Origin: Hydrurus foetidus
Lineage: Eukaryota
Length of the DNA: 48,911 nt
NCBI GenBank assembly: GCA_900617105.1
Contig: UYFQ01000256.1
Location: forward strand, 1-48,911
Reading direction: 5' to 3'
The stretch's first letter is position 1; every line of letters starts with the position of its first letter. Position numbers and translations under genes: made by a program. Below are positions 34,601 to 48,911 of this stretch, one piece after another. Under the pieces are notes generated by a model. That model was not told the DNA's origin. It saw only the letters and a list, made by a program, of their open reading frames with translations, and did not search any database.

Positions 34601-37600
34601 GACTTCGAACGATCAAAAGCTGATCAGTTAGTCGCTAACACTCAACTTAAGCTACTTGAATTTCTCACCAAGTATACACAAAATTAGAGTTTTATGTAAA
34701 CCATACAAAATTAGATAAGTTTATTGAATAAGATGTAGATTAAATTATAGGACCCTGACTAACCCATACTTCAAATGTCGGAGGTACTAAACTAAAATAT
34801 TCCTGAAGGCTCTGAAGGAGGATCCTCGGCTGATTGAAATGGAATTAGCCGAGCGAAAACAAATACTTGAAGACCCAGTTGCAGACAAAGCTCAAGCCAG
34901 AGACATTGAAATAATGCGAGCGAAGGCGGAAGAGAGGATCTCCATTGAGCGTGCAAAAGCGGACTTCGAACGATCAAAAGCTGATCAGTTAGTCGCTAAC
35001 ACTCAACTTAAGCTACTTGAATTTCTCACCAAGTATACACAAAATTAGAGTTTTATGTAAACCATACAAAATTAGATAAGTTTATTGAATAAGATGTAGA
35101 TTAAATTATAGGACCCTGACTAACCCATACTTCAAATGTCGGAGGTACTAAACTAAAATATTCCTGAAGGCTCTGAAGGAGGATCCTCGGCTGATTGAAA
35201 TGGAATTAGCCGAGCGAAAACAAATACTTGAAGACCCAGTTGCAGACAAAGCTCAAGCCAGAGACATTGAAATAATGCGAGCGAAGGCGGAAGAGAGGAT
35301 CTCCATTGAGCGTGCAAAAGCGGACTTCGAACGATCAAAAGCTGATCAGTTAGTCGCTAACACTCAACTTAAGCTACTTGAATTTCTCACCAAGTATACA
35401 CAAAATTAGAGTTTTATGTAAACCATACAAAATTAGATAAGTTTATTGAATAAGATGTAGATTAAATTATAGGACCCTGACTAACCCATACTTCAAATGT
35501 CGGAGGTACTAAACTAAAATATTCCTGAAGGCTCTGAAGGAGGATCCTCGGCTGATTGAAATGGAATTAGCCGAGCGAAAACAAATACTTGAAGACCCAG
35601 TTGCAGACAAAGCTCAAGCCAGAGACATTGAAATAATGCGAGCGAAGGCGGAAGAGAGGATCTCCATTGAGCGTGCAAAAGCGGACTTCGAACGATCAAA
35701 AGCTGATCAGTTAGTCGCTAACACTCAACTTAAGCTACTTGAATTTCTCACCAAGTATACACAAAATTAGAGTTTTATGTAAACCATACAAAATTAGATA
35801 AGTTTATTGAATAAGATGTAGATTAAATTATAGGACCCTGACTAACCCATACTTCAAATGTCGGAGGTACTAAACTAAAATATTCCTGAAGGCTCTGAAG
35901 GAGGATCCTCGGCTGATTGAAATGGAATTAGCCGAGCGAAAACAAATACTTGAAGACCCAGTTGCAGACAAAGCTCAAGCCAGAGACATTGAAATAATGC
36001 GAGCGAAGGCGGAAGAGAGGATCTCCATTGAGCGTGCAAAAGCGGACTTCGAACGATCAAAAGCTGATCAGTTAGTCGCTAACACTCAACTTAAGCTACT
36101 TGAATTTCTCACCAAGTATACACAAAATTAGAGTTTTATGTAAACCATACAAAATTAGATAAGTTTATTGAATAAGATGTAGATTAAATTATAGGACCCT
36201 GACTAACCCATACTTCAAATGTCGGAGGTACTAAACTAAAATATTCCTGAAGGCTCTGAAGGAGGATCCTCGGCTGATTGAAATGGAATTAGCCGAGCGA
36301 AAACAAATACTTGAAGACCCAGTTGCAGACAAAGCTCAAGCCAGAGACATTGAAATAATGCGAGCGAAGGCGGAAGAGAGGATCTCCATTGAGCGTGCAA
36401 AAGCGGACTTCGAACGATCAAAAGCTGATCAGTTAGTCGCTAACACTCAACTTAAGCTACTTGAATTTCTCACCAAGTATACACAAAATTAGAGTTTTAT
36501 GTAAACCATACAAAATTAGATAAGTTTATTGAATAAGATGTAGATTAAATTATAGGACCCTGACTAACCCATACTTCAAATGTCGGAGGTACTAAACTAA
36601 AATATTCCTGAAGGCTCTGAAGGAGGATCCTCGGCTGATTGAAATGGAATTAGCCGAGCGAAAACAAATACTTGAAGACCCAGTTGCAGACAAAGCTCAA
36701 GCCAGAGACATTGAAATAATGCGAGCGAAGGCGGAAGAGAGGATCTCCATTGAGCGTGCAAAAGCGGACTTCGAACGATCAAAAGCTGATCAGTTAGTCG
36801 CTAACACTCAACTTAAGCTACTTGAATTTCTCACCAAGTATACACAAAATTAGAGTTTTATGTAAACCATACAAAATTAGATAAGTTTATTGAATAAGAT
36901 GTAGATTAAATTATAGGACCCTGACTAACCCATACTTCAAATGTCGGAGGTACTAAACTAAAATATTCCTGAAGGCTCTGAAGGAGGATCCTCGGCTGAT
37001 TGAAATGGAATTAGCCGAGCGAAAACAAATACTTGAAGACCCAGTTGCAGACAAAGCTCAAGCCAGAGACATTGAAATAATGCGAGCGAAGGCGGAAGAG
37101 AGGATCTCCATTGAGCGTGCAAAAGCGGACTTCGAACGATCAAAAGCTGATCAGTTAGTCGCTAACACTCAACTTAAGCTACTTGAATTTCTCACCAAGT
37201 ATACACAAAATTAGAGTTTTATGTAAACCATACAAAATTAGATAAGTTTATTGAATAAGATGTAGATTAAATTATAGGACCCTGACTAACCCATACTTCA
37301 AATGTCGGAGGTACTAAACTAAAATATTCCTGAAGGCTCTGAAGGAGGATCCTCGGCTGATTGAAATGGAATTAGCCGAGCGAAAACAAATACTTGAAGA
37401 CCCAGTTGCAGACAAAGCTCAAGCCAGAGACATTGAAATAATGCGAGCGAAGGCGGAAGAGAGGATCTCCATTGAGCGTGCAAAAGCGGATTTCGAACGA
37501 TCAAAAGCTGATCAGTTAGTCGCTAACACTCAACTTAAGCTACTTGAATTTCTCACCAAGTATACACAAAATTAGAGTTTTATGTAAACCATACAAAATT

Positions 37601-40600
37601 AGATAAGTTTATTGAATAAGATGTAGATTAAATTATAGGACCCTGACTAACCCATACTTCAAATGTCGGAGGTACTAAACTAAAATATTCCTGAAGGCTC
37701 TGAAGGAGGATCCTCGGCTGATTGAAATGGAATTAGCCGAGCGAAAACAAATACTTGAAGACCCAGTTGCAGACAAAGCTCAAGCCAGAGACATTGAAAT
37801 AATGCGAGCGAAGGCGGAAGAGAGGATCTCCATTGAGCGTGCAAAAGCGGACTTCGAACGATCAAAAGCTGATCAGTTAGTCGCTAACACTCAACTTAAG
37901 CTACTTGAATTTCTCACCAAGTATACACAAAATTAGAGTTTTATGTAAACCATACAAAATTAGATAAGTTTATTGAATAAGATGTAGATTAAATTATAGG
38001 ACCCTGACTAACCCATACTTCAAATGTCGGAGGTACTAAACTAAAATATTCCTGAAGGCTCTGAAGGAGGATCCTCGGCTGATTGAAATGGAATTAGCCG
38101 AGCGAAAACAAATACTTGAAGACCCAGTTGCAGACAAAGCTCAAGCCAGAGACATTGAAATAATGCGAGCGAAGGCGGAAGAGAGGATCTCCATTGAGCG
38201 TGCAAAAGCGGACTTCGAACGATCAAAAGCTGATCAGTTAGTCGCTAACACTCAACTTAAGCTACTTGAATTTCTCACCAAGTATACACAAAATTAGAGT
38301 TTTATGTAAACCATACAAAATTAGATAAGTTTATTGAATAAGATGTAGATTAAATTATAGGACCCTGACTAACCCATACTTCAAATGTCGGAGGTACTAA
38401 ACTAAAATATTCCTGAAGGCTCTGAAGGAGGATCCTCGGCTGATTGAAATGGAATTAGCCGAGCGAAAACAAATACTTGAAGACCCAGTTGCAGACAAAG
38501 CTCAAGCCAGAGACATTGAAATAATGCGAGCGAAGGCGGAAGAGAGGATCTCCATTGAGCGTGCAAAAGCGGACTTCGAACGATCAAAAGCTGATCAGTT
38601 AGTCGCTAACACTCAACTTAAGCTACTTGAATTTCTCACCAAGTATACACAAAATTAGAGTTTTATGTAAACCATACAAAATTAGATAAGTTTATTGAAT
38701 AAGATGTAGATTAAATTATAGGACCCTGACTAACCCATACTTCAAATGTCGGAGGTACTAAACTAAAATATTCCTGAAGGCTCTGAAGGAGGATCCTCGG
38801 CTGATTGAAATGGAATTAGCCGAGCGAAAACAAATACTTGAAGACCCAGTTGCAGACAAAGCTCAAGCCAGAGACATTGAAATAATGCGAGCGAAGGCGG
38901 AAGAGAGGATCTCCATTGAGCGTGCAAAAGCGGATTTCGAACGATCAAAAGCTGATCAGTTAGTCGCTAACACTCAACTTAAGCTACTTGAATTTCTCAC
39001 CAAGTATACACAAAATTAGAGTTTTATGTAAACCATACAAAATTAGATAAGTTTATTGAATAAGATGTAGATTAAATTATAGGACCCTGACTAACCCATA
39101 CTTCAAATGTCGGAGGTACTAAACTAAAATATTCCTGAAGGCTCTGATGGAGGATCCTCGGCTGATTGAAATGGAATTAGCCGAGCGAAAACAAATACTT
39201 GAAGACCCAGTTGCAGACAAAGCTCAAGCCAGAGACATTGAAATAATGCGAGCGAAGGCGGAAGAGAGGATCTCCATTGAGCGTGCAAAAGCGGACTTCG
39301 AACGATCAAAAGCTGATCAGTTAGTCGCTAACACTCAACTTAAGCTACTTGAATTTCTCACCAAGTATACACAAAATTAGAGTTTTATGTAAACCATACA
39401 AAATTAGATAAGTTTATTGAATAAGATGTAGATTAAATTATAGGACCCTGACTAACCCATACTTCAAATGTCGGAGGTACTAAACTAAAATATTCCTGAA
39501 GGCTCTGATGGAGGATCCTCGGCTGATTGAAATGGAATTAGCCGAGCGAAAACAAATACTTGAAGACCCAGTTGCAGACAAAGCTCAAGCCAGAGACATT
39601 GAAATAATGCGAGCGAAGGCGGAAGAGAGGATCTCCATTGAGCGTGCAGAAGCGGACTTCGAACGATCAAAAGCTGATCAGTTAGTCGCTAACACTCAAC
39701 TTAAGCTACTTGAATTTCTCACCAAGTATACACAAAATTAGAGTTTTATGTAAACCATACAAAATTAGATAAGTTTATTGAATAAGATGTAGATTAAATT
39801 ATAGGACCCTGACTAACCCATACTTCAAATGTCGGAGGTACTAAACTAAAATATTCCTGAAGGCTCTGAAGGAGGATCCTCGGCTGATTGAAATGGAATT
39901 AGCCGAGCGAAAACAAATACTTGAAGACCCAGTTGCAGACAAAGCTCAAGCCAGAGACATTGAAATAATGCGAGCGAAGGCGGAAGAGAGGATCTCCATT
40001 GAGCGTGCAAAAGCGGACTTCGAACGATCAAAAGCTGATCAGTTAGTCGCTAACACTCAACTTAAGCTACTTGAATTTCTCACCAAGTATACACAAAATT
40101 AGAGTTTTATGTAAACCATACAAAATTAGATAAGTTTATTGAATAAGATGTAGATTAAATTATAGGACCCTGACTAACCCATACTTCAAATGTCGGAGGT
40201 ACTAAACTAAAATATTCCTGAAGGCTCTGAAGGAGGATCCTCGGCTGATTGAAATGGAATTAGCCGAGCGAAAACAAATACTTGAAGACCCAGTTGCAGA
40301 CAAAGCTCAAGCCAGAGACATTGAAATAATGCGAGCGAAGGCGGAAGAGAGGATCTCCATTGAGCGTGCAAAAGCGGATTTCGAACGATCAAAAGCTGAT
40401 CAGTTAGTCGCTAACACTCAACTTAAGCTACTTGAATTTCTCACCAAGTATACACAAAATTAGAGTTTTATGTAAACCATACAAAATTAGATAAGTTTAT
40501 TGAATAAGATGTAGATTAAATTATAGGACCCTGACTAACCCATACTTCAAATGTCGGAGGTACTAAACTAAAATATTCCTGAAGGCTCTGAAGGAGGATC

Positions 40601-43600
40601 CTCGGCTGATTGAAATGGAATTAGCCGAGCGAAAACAAATACTTGAAGACCCAGTTGCAGACAAAGCTCAAGCCAGAGACATTGAAATAATGCGAGCGAA
40701 GGCGGAAGAGAGGATCTCCATTGAGCGTGCAGAAGCGGATTTCGAACGATCAAAAGCTGATCAGTTAGTCGCTAACACTCAACTTAAGCTACTTGAATTT
40801 CTCACCAAGTATACACAAAATTAGAGTTTTATGTAAACCATACAAAATTAGATAAGTTTATTGAATAAGATGTAGATTAAATTATAGGACCCTGACTATC
40901 CCATACTTCAAATGTCGGAGGTACTAAACTAAAATATTCCTGAAGGCTCTGAAGGAGGATCCTCGGCTGATTGAAATGGAATTAGCCGAGCGAAAACAAA
41001 TACTTGAAGACCCAGTTGCAGACAAAGCTCAAGCCAGAGACATTGAAATAATGCGAGCGAAGGCGGAAGAGAGGATCTCCATTGAGCGTGCAAAAGCGGA
41101 CTTCGAACGATCAAAAGCTGATCAGTTAGTCGCTAACACTCAACTTAAGCTACTTGAATTTCTCACCAAGTATACACAAAATTAGAGTTTTATGTAAACC
41201 ATACAAAATTAGATAAGTTTATTGAATAAGATGTAGATTAAATTATAGGACCCTGACTAACCCATACTTCAAATGTCGGAGGTACTAAACTAAAATATTC
41301 CTGAAGGCTCTGAAGGAGGATCCTCGGCTGATTGAAATGGAATTAGCCGAGCGAAAACAAATACTTGAAGACCCAGTTGCAGACAAAGCTCAAGCCAGAG
41401 ACATTGAAATAATGCGAGCGAAGGCGGAAGAGAGGATCTCCATTGAGCGTGCAGAAGCGGACTTCGAACGATCAAAAGCTGATCAGTTAGTCGCTAACAC
41501 TCAACTTAAGCTACTTGAATTTCTCACCAAGTATACACAAAATTAGAGTTTTATGTAAACCATACAAAATTAGATAAGTTTATTGAATAAGATGTAGATT
41601 AAATTATAGGACCCTGACTAACCCATACTTCAAATGTCGGAGGTACTAAACTAAAATATTCCTGAAGGCTCTGAAGGAGGATCCTCGGCTGATTGAAATG
41701 GAATTAGCCGAGCGAAAACAAATACTTGAAGACCCAGTTGCAGACAAAGCTCAAGCCAGAGACATTGAAATAATGCGAGCGAAGGCGGAAGAGAGGATCT
41801 CCATTGAGCGTGCAAAAGCGGATTTCGAACGATCAAAAGCTGATCAGTTAGTCGCTAACACTCAACTTAAGCTACTTGAATTTCTCACCAAGTATACACA
41901 AAATTAGAGTTTTATGTAAACCATACAAAATTAGATAAGTTTATTGAATAAGACGTAGATTAAATTATAGGACCCTGACTAACCCATACTTCAAATGTCG
42001 GAGGTACTAAACTAAAATATTCCTGAAGGCTCTGAAGGAGGATCCTCGGCTGATTGAAATGGAATTAGCCGAGCGAAAACAAATACTTGAAGACCCAGTT
42101 GCAGACAAAGCTCAAGCCAGAGACATTGAAATAATGCGAGCGAAGGCGGAAGAGAGGATCTCCATTGAGCGTGCAGAAGCGGATTTCGAACGATCAAAAG
42201 CTGATCAGTTAGTCGCTAACATTCAACTTAAGCTACTTGAATTTCTCACCAAGTATACACAAAATTAGAGTTTTATGTAAACCATACAAAATTAGATAAG
42301 TTTATTGAATAAGACGTAGATTAAATTATAGGACCCTGACTAACCCATACTTCAAATGTCGGAGGTACTAAACTAAAATATTCCTGAAGGCTCTGAAGGA
42401 GGATCCTCGGCTGATTGAAATGGAATTAGCCGAGCGAAAACAAATACTTGAAGACCCAGTTGCAGACAAAGCTCAAGCCAGAGACATTGAAATAATGCGA
42501 GCGAAGGCGGAAGAGAGGATCTCCATTGAGCGTGCAGAAGCGGATTTCGAACGATCAAAAGCTGATCAGTTAGTTGCTAACACTCAACTTAAGCTACTTG
42601 AATTTCTCACCAAGTATACACAAAATTAGAGTTTTATGTAAACCATACAAAATTAGATAAGTTTATTGAATAAGATGTAGATTAAATTATAGGACCCTGA
42701 CTAACACATACTTCAAATGTCGGAGGTACTAAACTAAAATATTCCTGAAGGCTCTGAAGGAGGATCCTCGGCTGATTGAAATGGAATTAGCCGAGCGAAA
42801 ACAAATACTTGAAGACCCAGTTGCAGACAAAGCTCAAGCCAGAGACATTGAAATAATGCGAGCGAAGGCGGAAGAGAGGATCTCCATTGAGCGTGCAAAA
42901 GCGGACTTCGAACGATCAAAAGCTGATCAGTTAGTCGCTAACACTCAACTTAAGCTACTTGAATTTCTCACCAAGTATACACAAAATTAGAGTTTTATGT
43001 AAACCATACAAAATTAGATAAGTTTATTGAATAAGACGTAGATTAAATTATAGGACCCTGACTAACCCATACTTCAAATGTCGGAGGTACTAAACTAAAA
43101 TATTCCTGAAGGCTCTGAAGGAGGATCCTCGGCTGATTGAAATGGAATTAGCCGAGCGAAAACAAATACTTGAAGACCCAGTTGCAGACAAAGCTCAAGC
43201 CAGTGACATTGAAATAATGCGAGCGAAGGCGGAAGAGAGGATCTCCATTGAGCGTGCAGAAGCGGATTTCGAACGATCAAAAGCTGATCAGTTAGTTGCT
43301 AACACTCAACTTAAGCTACTTGAATTTCTCACCAAGTATACACAAAATTAGAGTTTTATGTAAACCATACAAAATTAGATAAGTTTATTGAATAAGATGT
43401 AGATTAAATTATAGGACCCTGACTATCCCATACTTCAAATGTCGGAGGTACTAAACTAAAATATTCCTGAAGGCTCTGAAGGAGGATCCTCGGCTGATTG
43501 AAATGGAATTAGCCGAGCGAAAACAAATACTTGAAGACCCAGTTGCAGACAAAGCTCAAGCCAGAGACATTGAAATAATGCGAGCGAAGGCGGAAGAGAG

Positions 43601-46600
43601 GATCTCCATTGAGCGTGCAAAAGCGGACTTCGAACGATCAAAAGCTGATCAGTTAGTCGCTAACACTCAACTTAAGCTACTTGAATTTCTCACCAAGTAT
43701 ACACAAAATTAGAGTTTTATGTAAACCATACAAAATTAGATAAGTTTATTGAATAAGACGTAGATTAAATTATAGGACCCTGACTAACCCATACTTCAAA
43801 TGTCGGAGGTACTAAACTAAAATATTCCTGAAGGCTCTGAAGGAGGATCCTCGGCTGATTGAAATGGAATTAGCCGAGCGAAAACAAATACTTGAAGACC
43901 CAGTTGCAGACAAAGCTCAAGCCAGAGACATTGAAATAATGCGAGCGAAGGCGGAAGAGAGGATCTCCATTGAGCGTGCAGAAGCGGACTTCGAACGATC
44001 AAAAGCTGATCAGTTAGTCGCTAACACTCAACTTAAGCTACTTGAATTTCTCACCAAGTATACACAAAATTAGAGTTTTATGTAAACCATACAAAATTAG
44101 ATAAGTTTATTGAATAAGATGTAGATTAAATTATAGGACCCTGACTAACCCATACTTCAAATGTCGGAGGTACTAAACTAAAATATTCCTGAAGGCTCTG
44201 AAGGAGGATCCTCGGCTGATTGAAATGGAATTAGCCGAGCGAAAACAAATACTTGAAGACCCAGTTGCAGACAAAGCTCAAGCCAGAGACATTGAAATAA
44301 TGCGAGCGAAGGCGGAAGAGAGGATCTCCATTGAGCGTGCAAAAGCGGACTTCGAACGATCAAAAGCTGATCAGTTAGTCGCTAACACTCAAGTTAAGCT
44401 ACTTGAATTTCTCACCAAGTATACACAAAATTAGAGTTTTATGTAAACCATACAAAATTAGATAAGTTTATTGAATAAGATGTAGATTAAATTATAGGAC
44501 CCTGACTAACCCATACTTCAAATGTCGGAGGTACTAAACTAAAATATTCCTGAAGTCCTCGGCTGATTGAAATGGAATTAGCCGAGCGAAAACAAATACT
44601 TGAAGACCCAGTTGCAGACAAAGCTCAAGCCAGTGACATTGAAATAATGCGAGCGAAGGCGGAAGAGAGGATCTCCATTGAGCGTGCAGAAGCGGATTTC
44701 GAACGATCAAAAGCTGATCAGTTAGTTGCTAACACTCAACTTAAGCTACTTGAATTTCTCACCAAGTATACACAAAATTAGAGTTTTATGTAAACCATAC
44801 AAAATTAGATAAGTTTATTGAATAAGATGTAGATTAAATTATAGGACCCTGACTATCCCATACTTCAAATGTCGGAGGTACTAAACTAAAATATTCCTGA
44901 AGGCTCTGAAGGAGGATCCTCGGCTGATTGAAATGGAATTAGCCGAGCGAAAACAAATACTTGAAGACCCAGTTGCAGACAAAGCTCAAGCCAGAGACAT
45001 TGAAATAATGCGAGCGAAGGCGGAAGAGAGGATCTCCATTGAGCGTGCAAAAGCGGACTTCGAACGATCAAAAGCTGATCAGTTAGTCGCTAACACTCAA
45101 CTTAAGCTACTTGAATTTCTCACCAAGTATACACAAAATTAGAGTTTTATGTAAACCATACAAAATTAGATAAGTTTATTGAATAAGACGTAGATTAAAT
45201 TATAGGACCCTGACTAACCCATACTTCAAATGTCGGAGGTACTAAACTAAAATATTCCTGAAGGCTCTGAAGGAGGATCCTCGGCTGATTGAAATGGAAT
45301 TAGCCGAGCGAAAACAAATACTTGAAGACCCAGTTGCAGACAAAGCTCAAGCCAGAGACATTGAAATAATGCGAGCGAAGGCGGAAGAGAGGATCTCCAT
45401 TGAGCGTGCAGAAGCGGACTTCGAACGATCAAAAGCTGATCAGTTAGTCGCTAACACTCAACTTAAGCTACTTGAATTTCTCACCAAGTATACACAAAAT
45501 TAGAGTTTTATGTAAACCATACAAAATTAGATAAGTTTATTGAATAAGATGTAGATTAAATTATAGGACCCTGACTAACCCATACTTCAAATGTCGGAGG
45601 TACTAAACTAAAATATTCCTGAAGGCTCTGAAGGAGGATCCTCGGCTGATTGAAATGGAATTAGCCGAGCGAAAACAAATACTTGAAGACCCAGTTGCAG
45701 ACAAAGCTCAAGCCAGAGACATTGAAATAATGCGAGCGAAGGCGGAAGAGAGGATCTCCATTGAGCGTGCAAAAGCGGACTTCGAACGATCAAAAGCTGA
45801 TCAGTTAGTCGCTAACACTCAACTTAAGCTACTTGAATTTCTCACCAAGTATACACAAAATTAGAGTTTTATGTAAACCATACAAAATTAGATAAGTTTA
45901 TTGAATAAGACGTAGATTAAATTATAGGACCCTGACTAACCCATACTTCAAATGTCGGAGGTACTAAACTAAAATATTCCTGAAGTCCTCGGCTGATTGA
46001 AATGGAATTAGCCGAGCGAAAACAAATACTTGAAGACCCAGTTGCAGACAAAGCTCAAGCCAGAGACATTGAAATAATGCGAGCGAAGGCGGAAAAGAGG
46101 ATCTCCATTGAGCGTGCAGAAGCGGATTTCGAACGATCAAAAGCTGATCAGTTAGTCGCTAACACTCAACTTAAGCTACTTGAATTTCTCACCAAGTATA
46201 CACAAAATTAGAGTTTTATGTAAACCATACAAAATTAGATAAGTTTATTGAATAAGATGTAGATTAAATTATAGGACCCTGACTAACCCATACTTCAAAT
46301 GTCGGAGGTACTAAACTAAAATATTCCTGAAGGCTCTGAAGGAGGATCCTCGGCTGATTGAAATGGAATTAGCCGAGCGAAAACAAATACTTGAAGACCC
46401 AGTTGCAGACAAAGCTCAAGCCAGAGACATTGAAATAATGCGAACGAAGGCGGAAGAGAGGATCTCCATTGAGCGTGCAGAAGCGGATTTCGAACGATCA
46501 AAAGCTGGTCAGTTAGTCGCTAACACTCAACTTAAGCTACTTGAATTTCTCACCAAGTATACACAAAATTAGAGTTTTATGTAAACCATACAAAATTAGA

Positions 46601-48911
46601 TAAGTTTATTGAATAAGACGTAGATTAAATTATAGGACCCTGACTATCCCATACTTCAAATGTCGGAGGTACTAAACTAAAATATTCCTGAAGGCTCTGA
46701 AGGAGGATCCTCGGCTGATTGAAATGGAATTAGCCGAGCGAAAACAAATACTTGAAGACCCAGTTGCAGACAAAGCTCAAGCCAGAGACATTGAAATAAT
46801 GCGAGCGAAGGCGGAAGAGAGGATCTCCATTGAGCGTGCAAAAGCGGATTTCGAACGATCAAAAGCTGATCAGTTAGTCGCTAACATTCAACTTAAGCTA
46901 CTTGAATTTCTCACCAAGTATACACAAAATTAGAGTTTTATGTAAACCATACAAAATTAGATAAGTTTATTGAATAAGATGTAGATTAAATTATAGGACC
47001 CTGACTAACCCATACTTCAAATGTCGGAGGTACTAAACTAAAATATTCCTGAAGGCTCTGAAGGAGGATCCTCGGCTGATTGAAATGGAATTAGCCGAGC
47101 GAAAACAAATACTTGAAGACCCAGTTGCAGACAAAGCTCAAGCCAGAGACATTGAAATAATGCGAGCGAAGACGGAAGAGAGGATCTCCATTGAGCGTGC
47201 AGAAGCGGACTTCGAACGATCAAAAGCTGATCAGTTAGTCGCTAACACTCAACTTAAGCTACTTGAATTTCTCACCAAGTATACACAAAATTAGAGTTTT
47301 ATGTAAACCATACAAAATTAGATAAGTTTATTGAATAAGATGTAGATTAAATTATAGGACCCTGACTAACACATACTTCAAATGTCGGAGGTACTAAACT
47401 AAAATATTCCTGAAGGCTCTGAAGGAGGATCCTCGGCTGATTGAAATGGAATTAGCCGAGCGAAAACAAATACTTGAAGACCCAGTTGCAGACAAAGCTC
47501 AAGCCAGTGACATTGAAATAATGCGAGCGAAGGCGGAAAAGAGAATCTCCATTGAGCGTGCAAAAGCGGACTTCGAACGATCAAAAGCTGATCAGTTAGT
47601 CGCTAACACTCAACTTAAGCTACTTGAATTTCTCACCAAGTATACACAAAATTAGAGTTTTATGTAAACCATACAAAATTAGATAAGTTTATTGAATAAG
47701 ATGTAGATTAAATTATAGGACCCTGACTAACCCATACTTCAAATGTCGGAGGTACTAAACTAAAATATTCCTGAAGGCTCTGAAGGAGGATCCTCGGCTG
47801 ATTGAAATGGAATTAGCCGAGCGAAAACAAATACTTGAAGACCCAGTTGCAGACAAAGCTCAAGCCAGAGACATTGAAATAATGCGAGCGAAGGCGGAAG
47901 AGAGGATCTCCATTGAGCGTGCAAAAGCGGACTTCGAACGATCAAAAGCTGGTCAGTTAGTCGCTAACACTCAACTTAAGCTACTTGAATTTCTCACCAA
48001 GTATACACAAAATTAGAGTTTTATGTAAACCATACAAAATTAGATAAGTTTATTGAATAAGATGTAGATTAAATTATAGGACCCTGACTATCCCATACTT
48101 CAAATGTCGGAGGTACTAAACTAAAATATTCCTGAAGGCTCTGAAGGAGGATCCTCGGCTGATTGAAATGGAATTAGCCGAGCGAAAACAAATACTTGAA
48201 GACCCAGTTGCAGACAAAGCTCAAGCCAGAGACATTGAAATAATGCGAGCGAAGGCGGAAGAGAGGATCTCCATTGAGCGTGCAGAAGCGAACTTCGAAC
48301 GATCAAAAGCTGATCAGTTAGTCGCTAACACTCAACTTAAGCTACTTGAATTTCTCACCAAGTATACACAAAATTAGAGTTTTATGTAAACCATACAAAA
48401 TTAGATAAGTTTATTGAATAAGATGTAGATTAAATTATAGGACCCTGACTAACCCATACTTCAAATGTCGGAGGTACTAAACTAAAACATTCCTGAAGGC
48501 TCTGAAGGAGGATCCTCGGCTGATTGAAATGGAATTAGCCGAGCGAAAACAAATACTTGAAGACCCAGTTGCAGACAAAGCTCAAGCCAGAGACATTGAA
48601 ATAATGCGAGCGAAGGCGGAAAAGAGAATCTCCATTGAGCGTGCAAAAGCGGACTTCGAACGATCAAAAGCTGATCAGTTAGTCGCTAACACTCAACTTA
48701 AGCTACTTGAATTTCTCACCAAGTATACACAAAATTAGAGTTTTATGTAAACCATACAAAATTAGATAAGTTTATTGAATAAGATGTAGATTAAATTATA
48801 GGACCCTGACTATCCCATACTTCAAATGTCGGAGGTACTAAACTAAAATATTCCATGGAATTAGCCGAGCGAAAACAAATACTTAAAGACCCAGTTGCAG
48901 ACAAAGCTCAA
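22670..48911 (+). repeat. 361-bp tandem satellite: 72 near-full units plus partial units at each end; runs off the window
   Basis: The 69-aa ORF recurs every 361 bp; shorter units are at the left edge (355 and 346 bp), ~31338 (10-bp deletion), and ~44555 and ~45985 (14-bp deletion). Confidence 0.99.

Noticed and set aside
22670..48911. CRISPR-like array, or 72 functional small genes
   Set aside because: Units are contiguous near-identical 361-mers with no unique spacers. The frame extends upstream of the ATG like a gene fragment, and ORF retention is explained by recent amplification. The 61-aa minus-strand ORFs are shadows.

Overview
Eukaryotic genomic DNA, as shown by GT-AG introns, Copia LTR retrotransposons and PIF/Harbinger, hAT and Tc1/mariner-type elements. 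The left 20 kb is a stack of side-by-side and nested transposons, most with verifiable target-site duplications (TSDs). In order: a Copia 3' remnant, an internally deleted hAT, Copia-A (3982-7917), an apparently intact two-gene PIF/Harbinger (7927-10832), and Copia-B (minus strand, 10852-19898). The 5' LTR of Copia-B holds a Harbinger-like element, which itself carries a related element in its TIR, plus a TA-targeting MITE. Removing these insertions shows they all landed within about 300 bp upstream of a 4-exon host gene (20090-21041) with an MPLKIP/TTDN1-like motif. After another Copia RNase H remnant, 22.7 kb to the window end is a highly homogeneous 361-bp satellite (72 near-full units) that looks derived from the 3' end of a coiled-coil protein gene. 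Top finding: neither LTR-bounded Copia has a tRNA-type PBS. Instead, the 10-11 nt right after each 5' LTR are complementary to a co-varying segment at the equivalent position inside its own LTR, the signature of Tf1-style self-primed reverse transcription.
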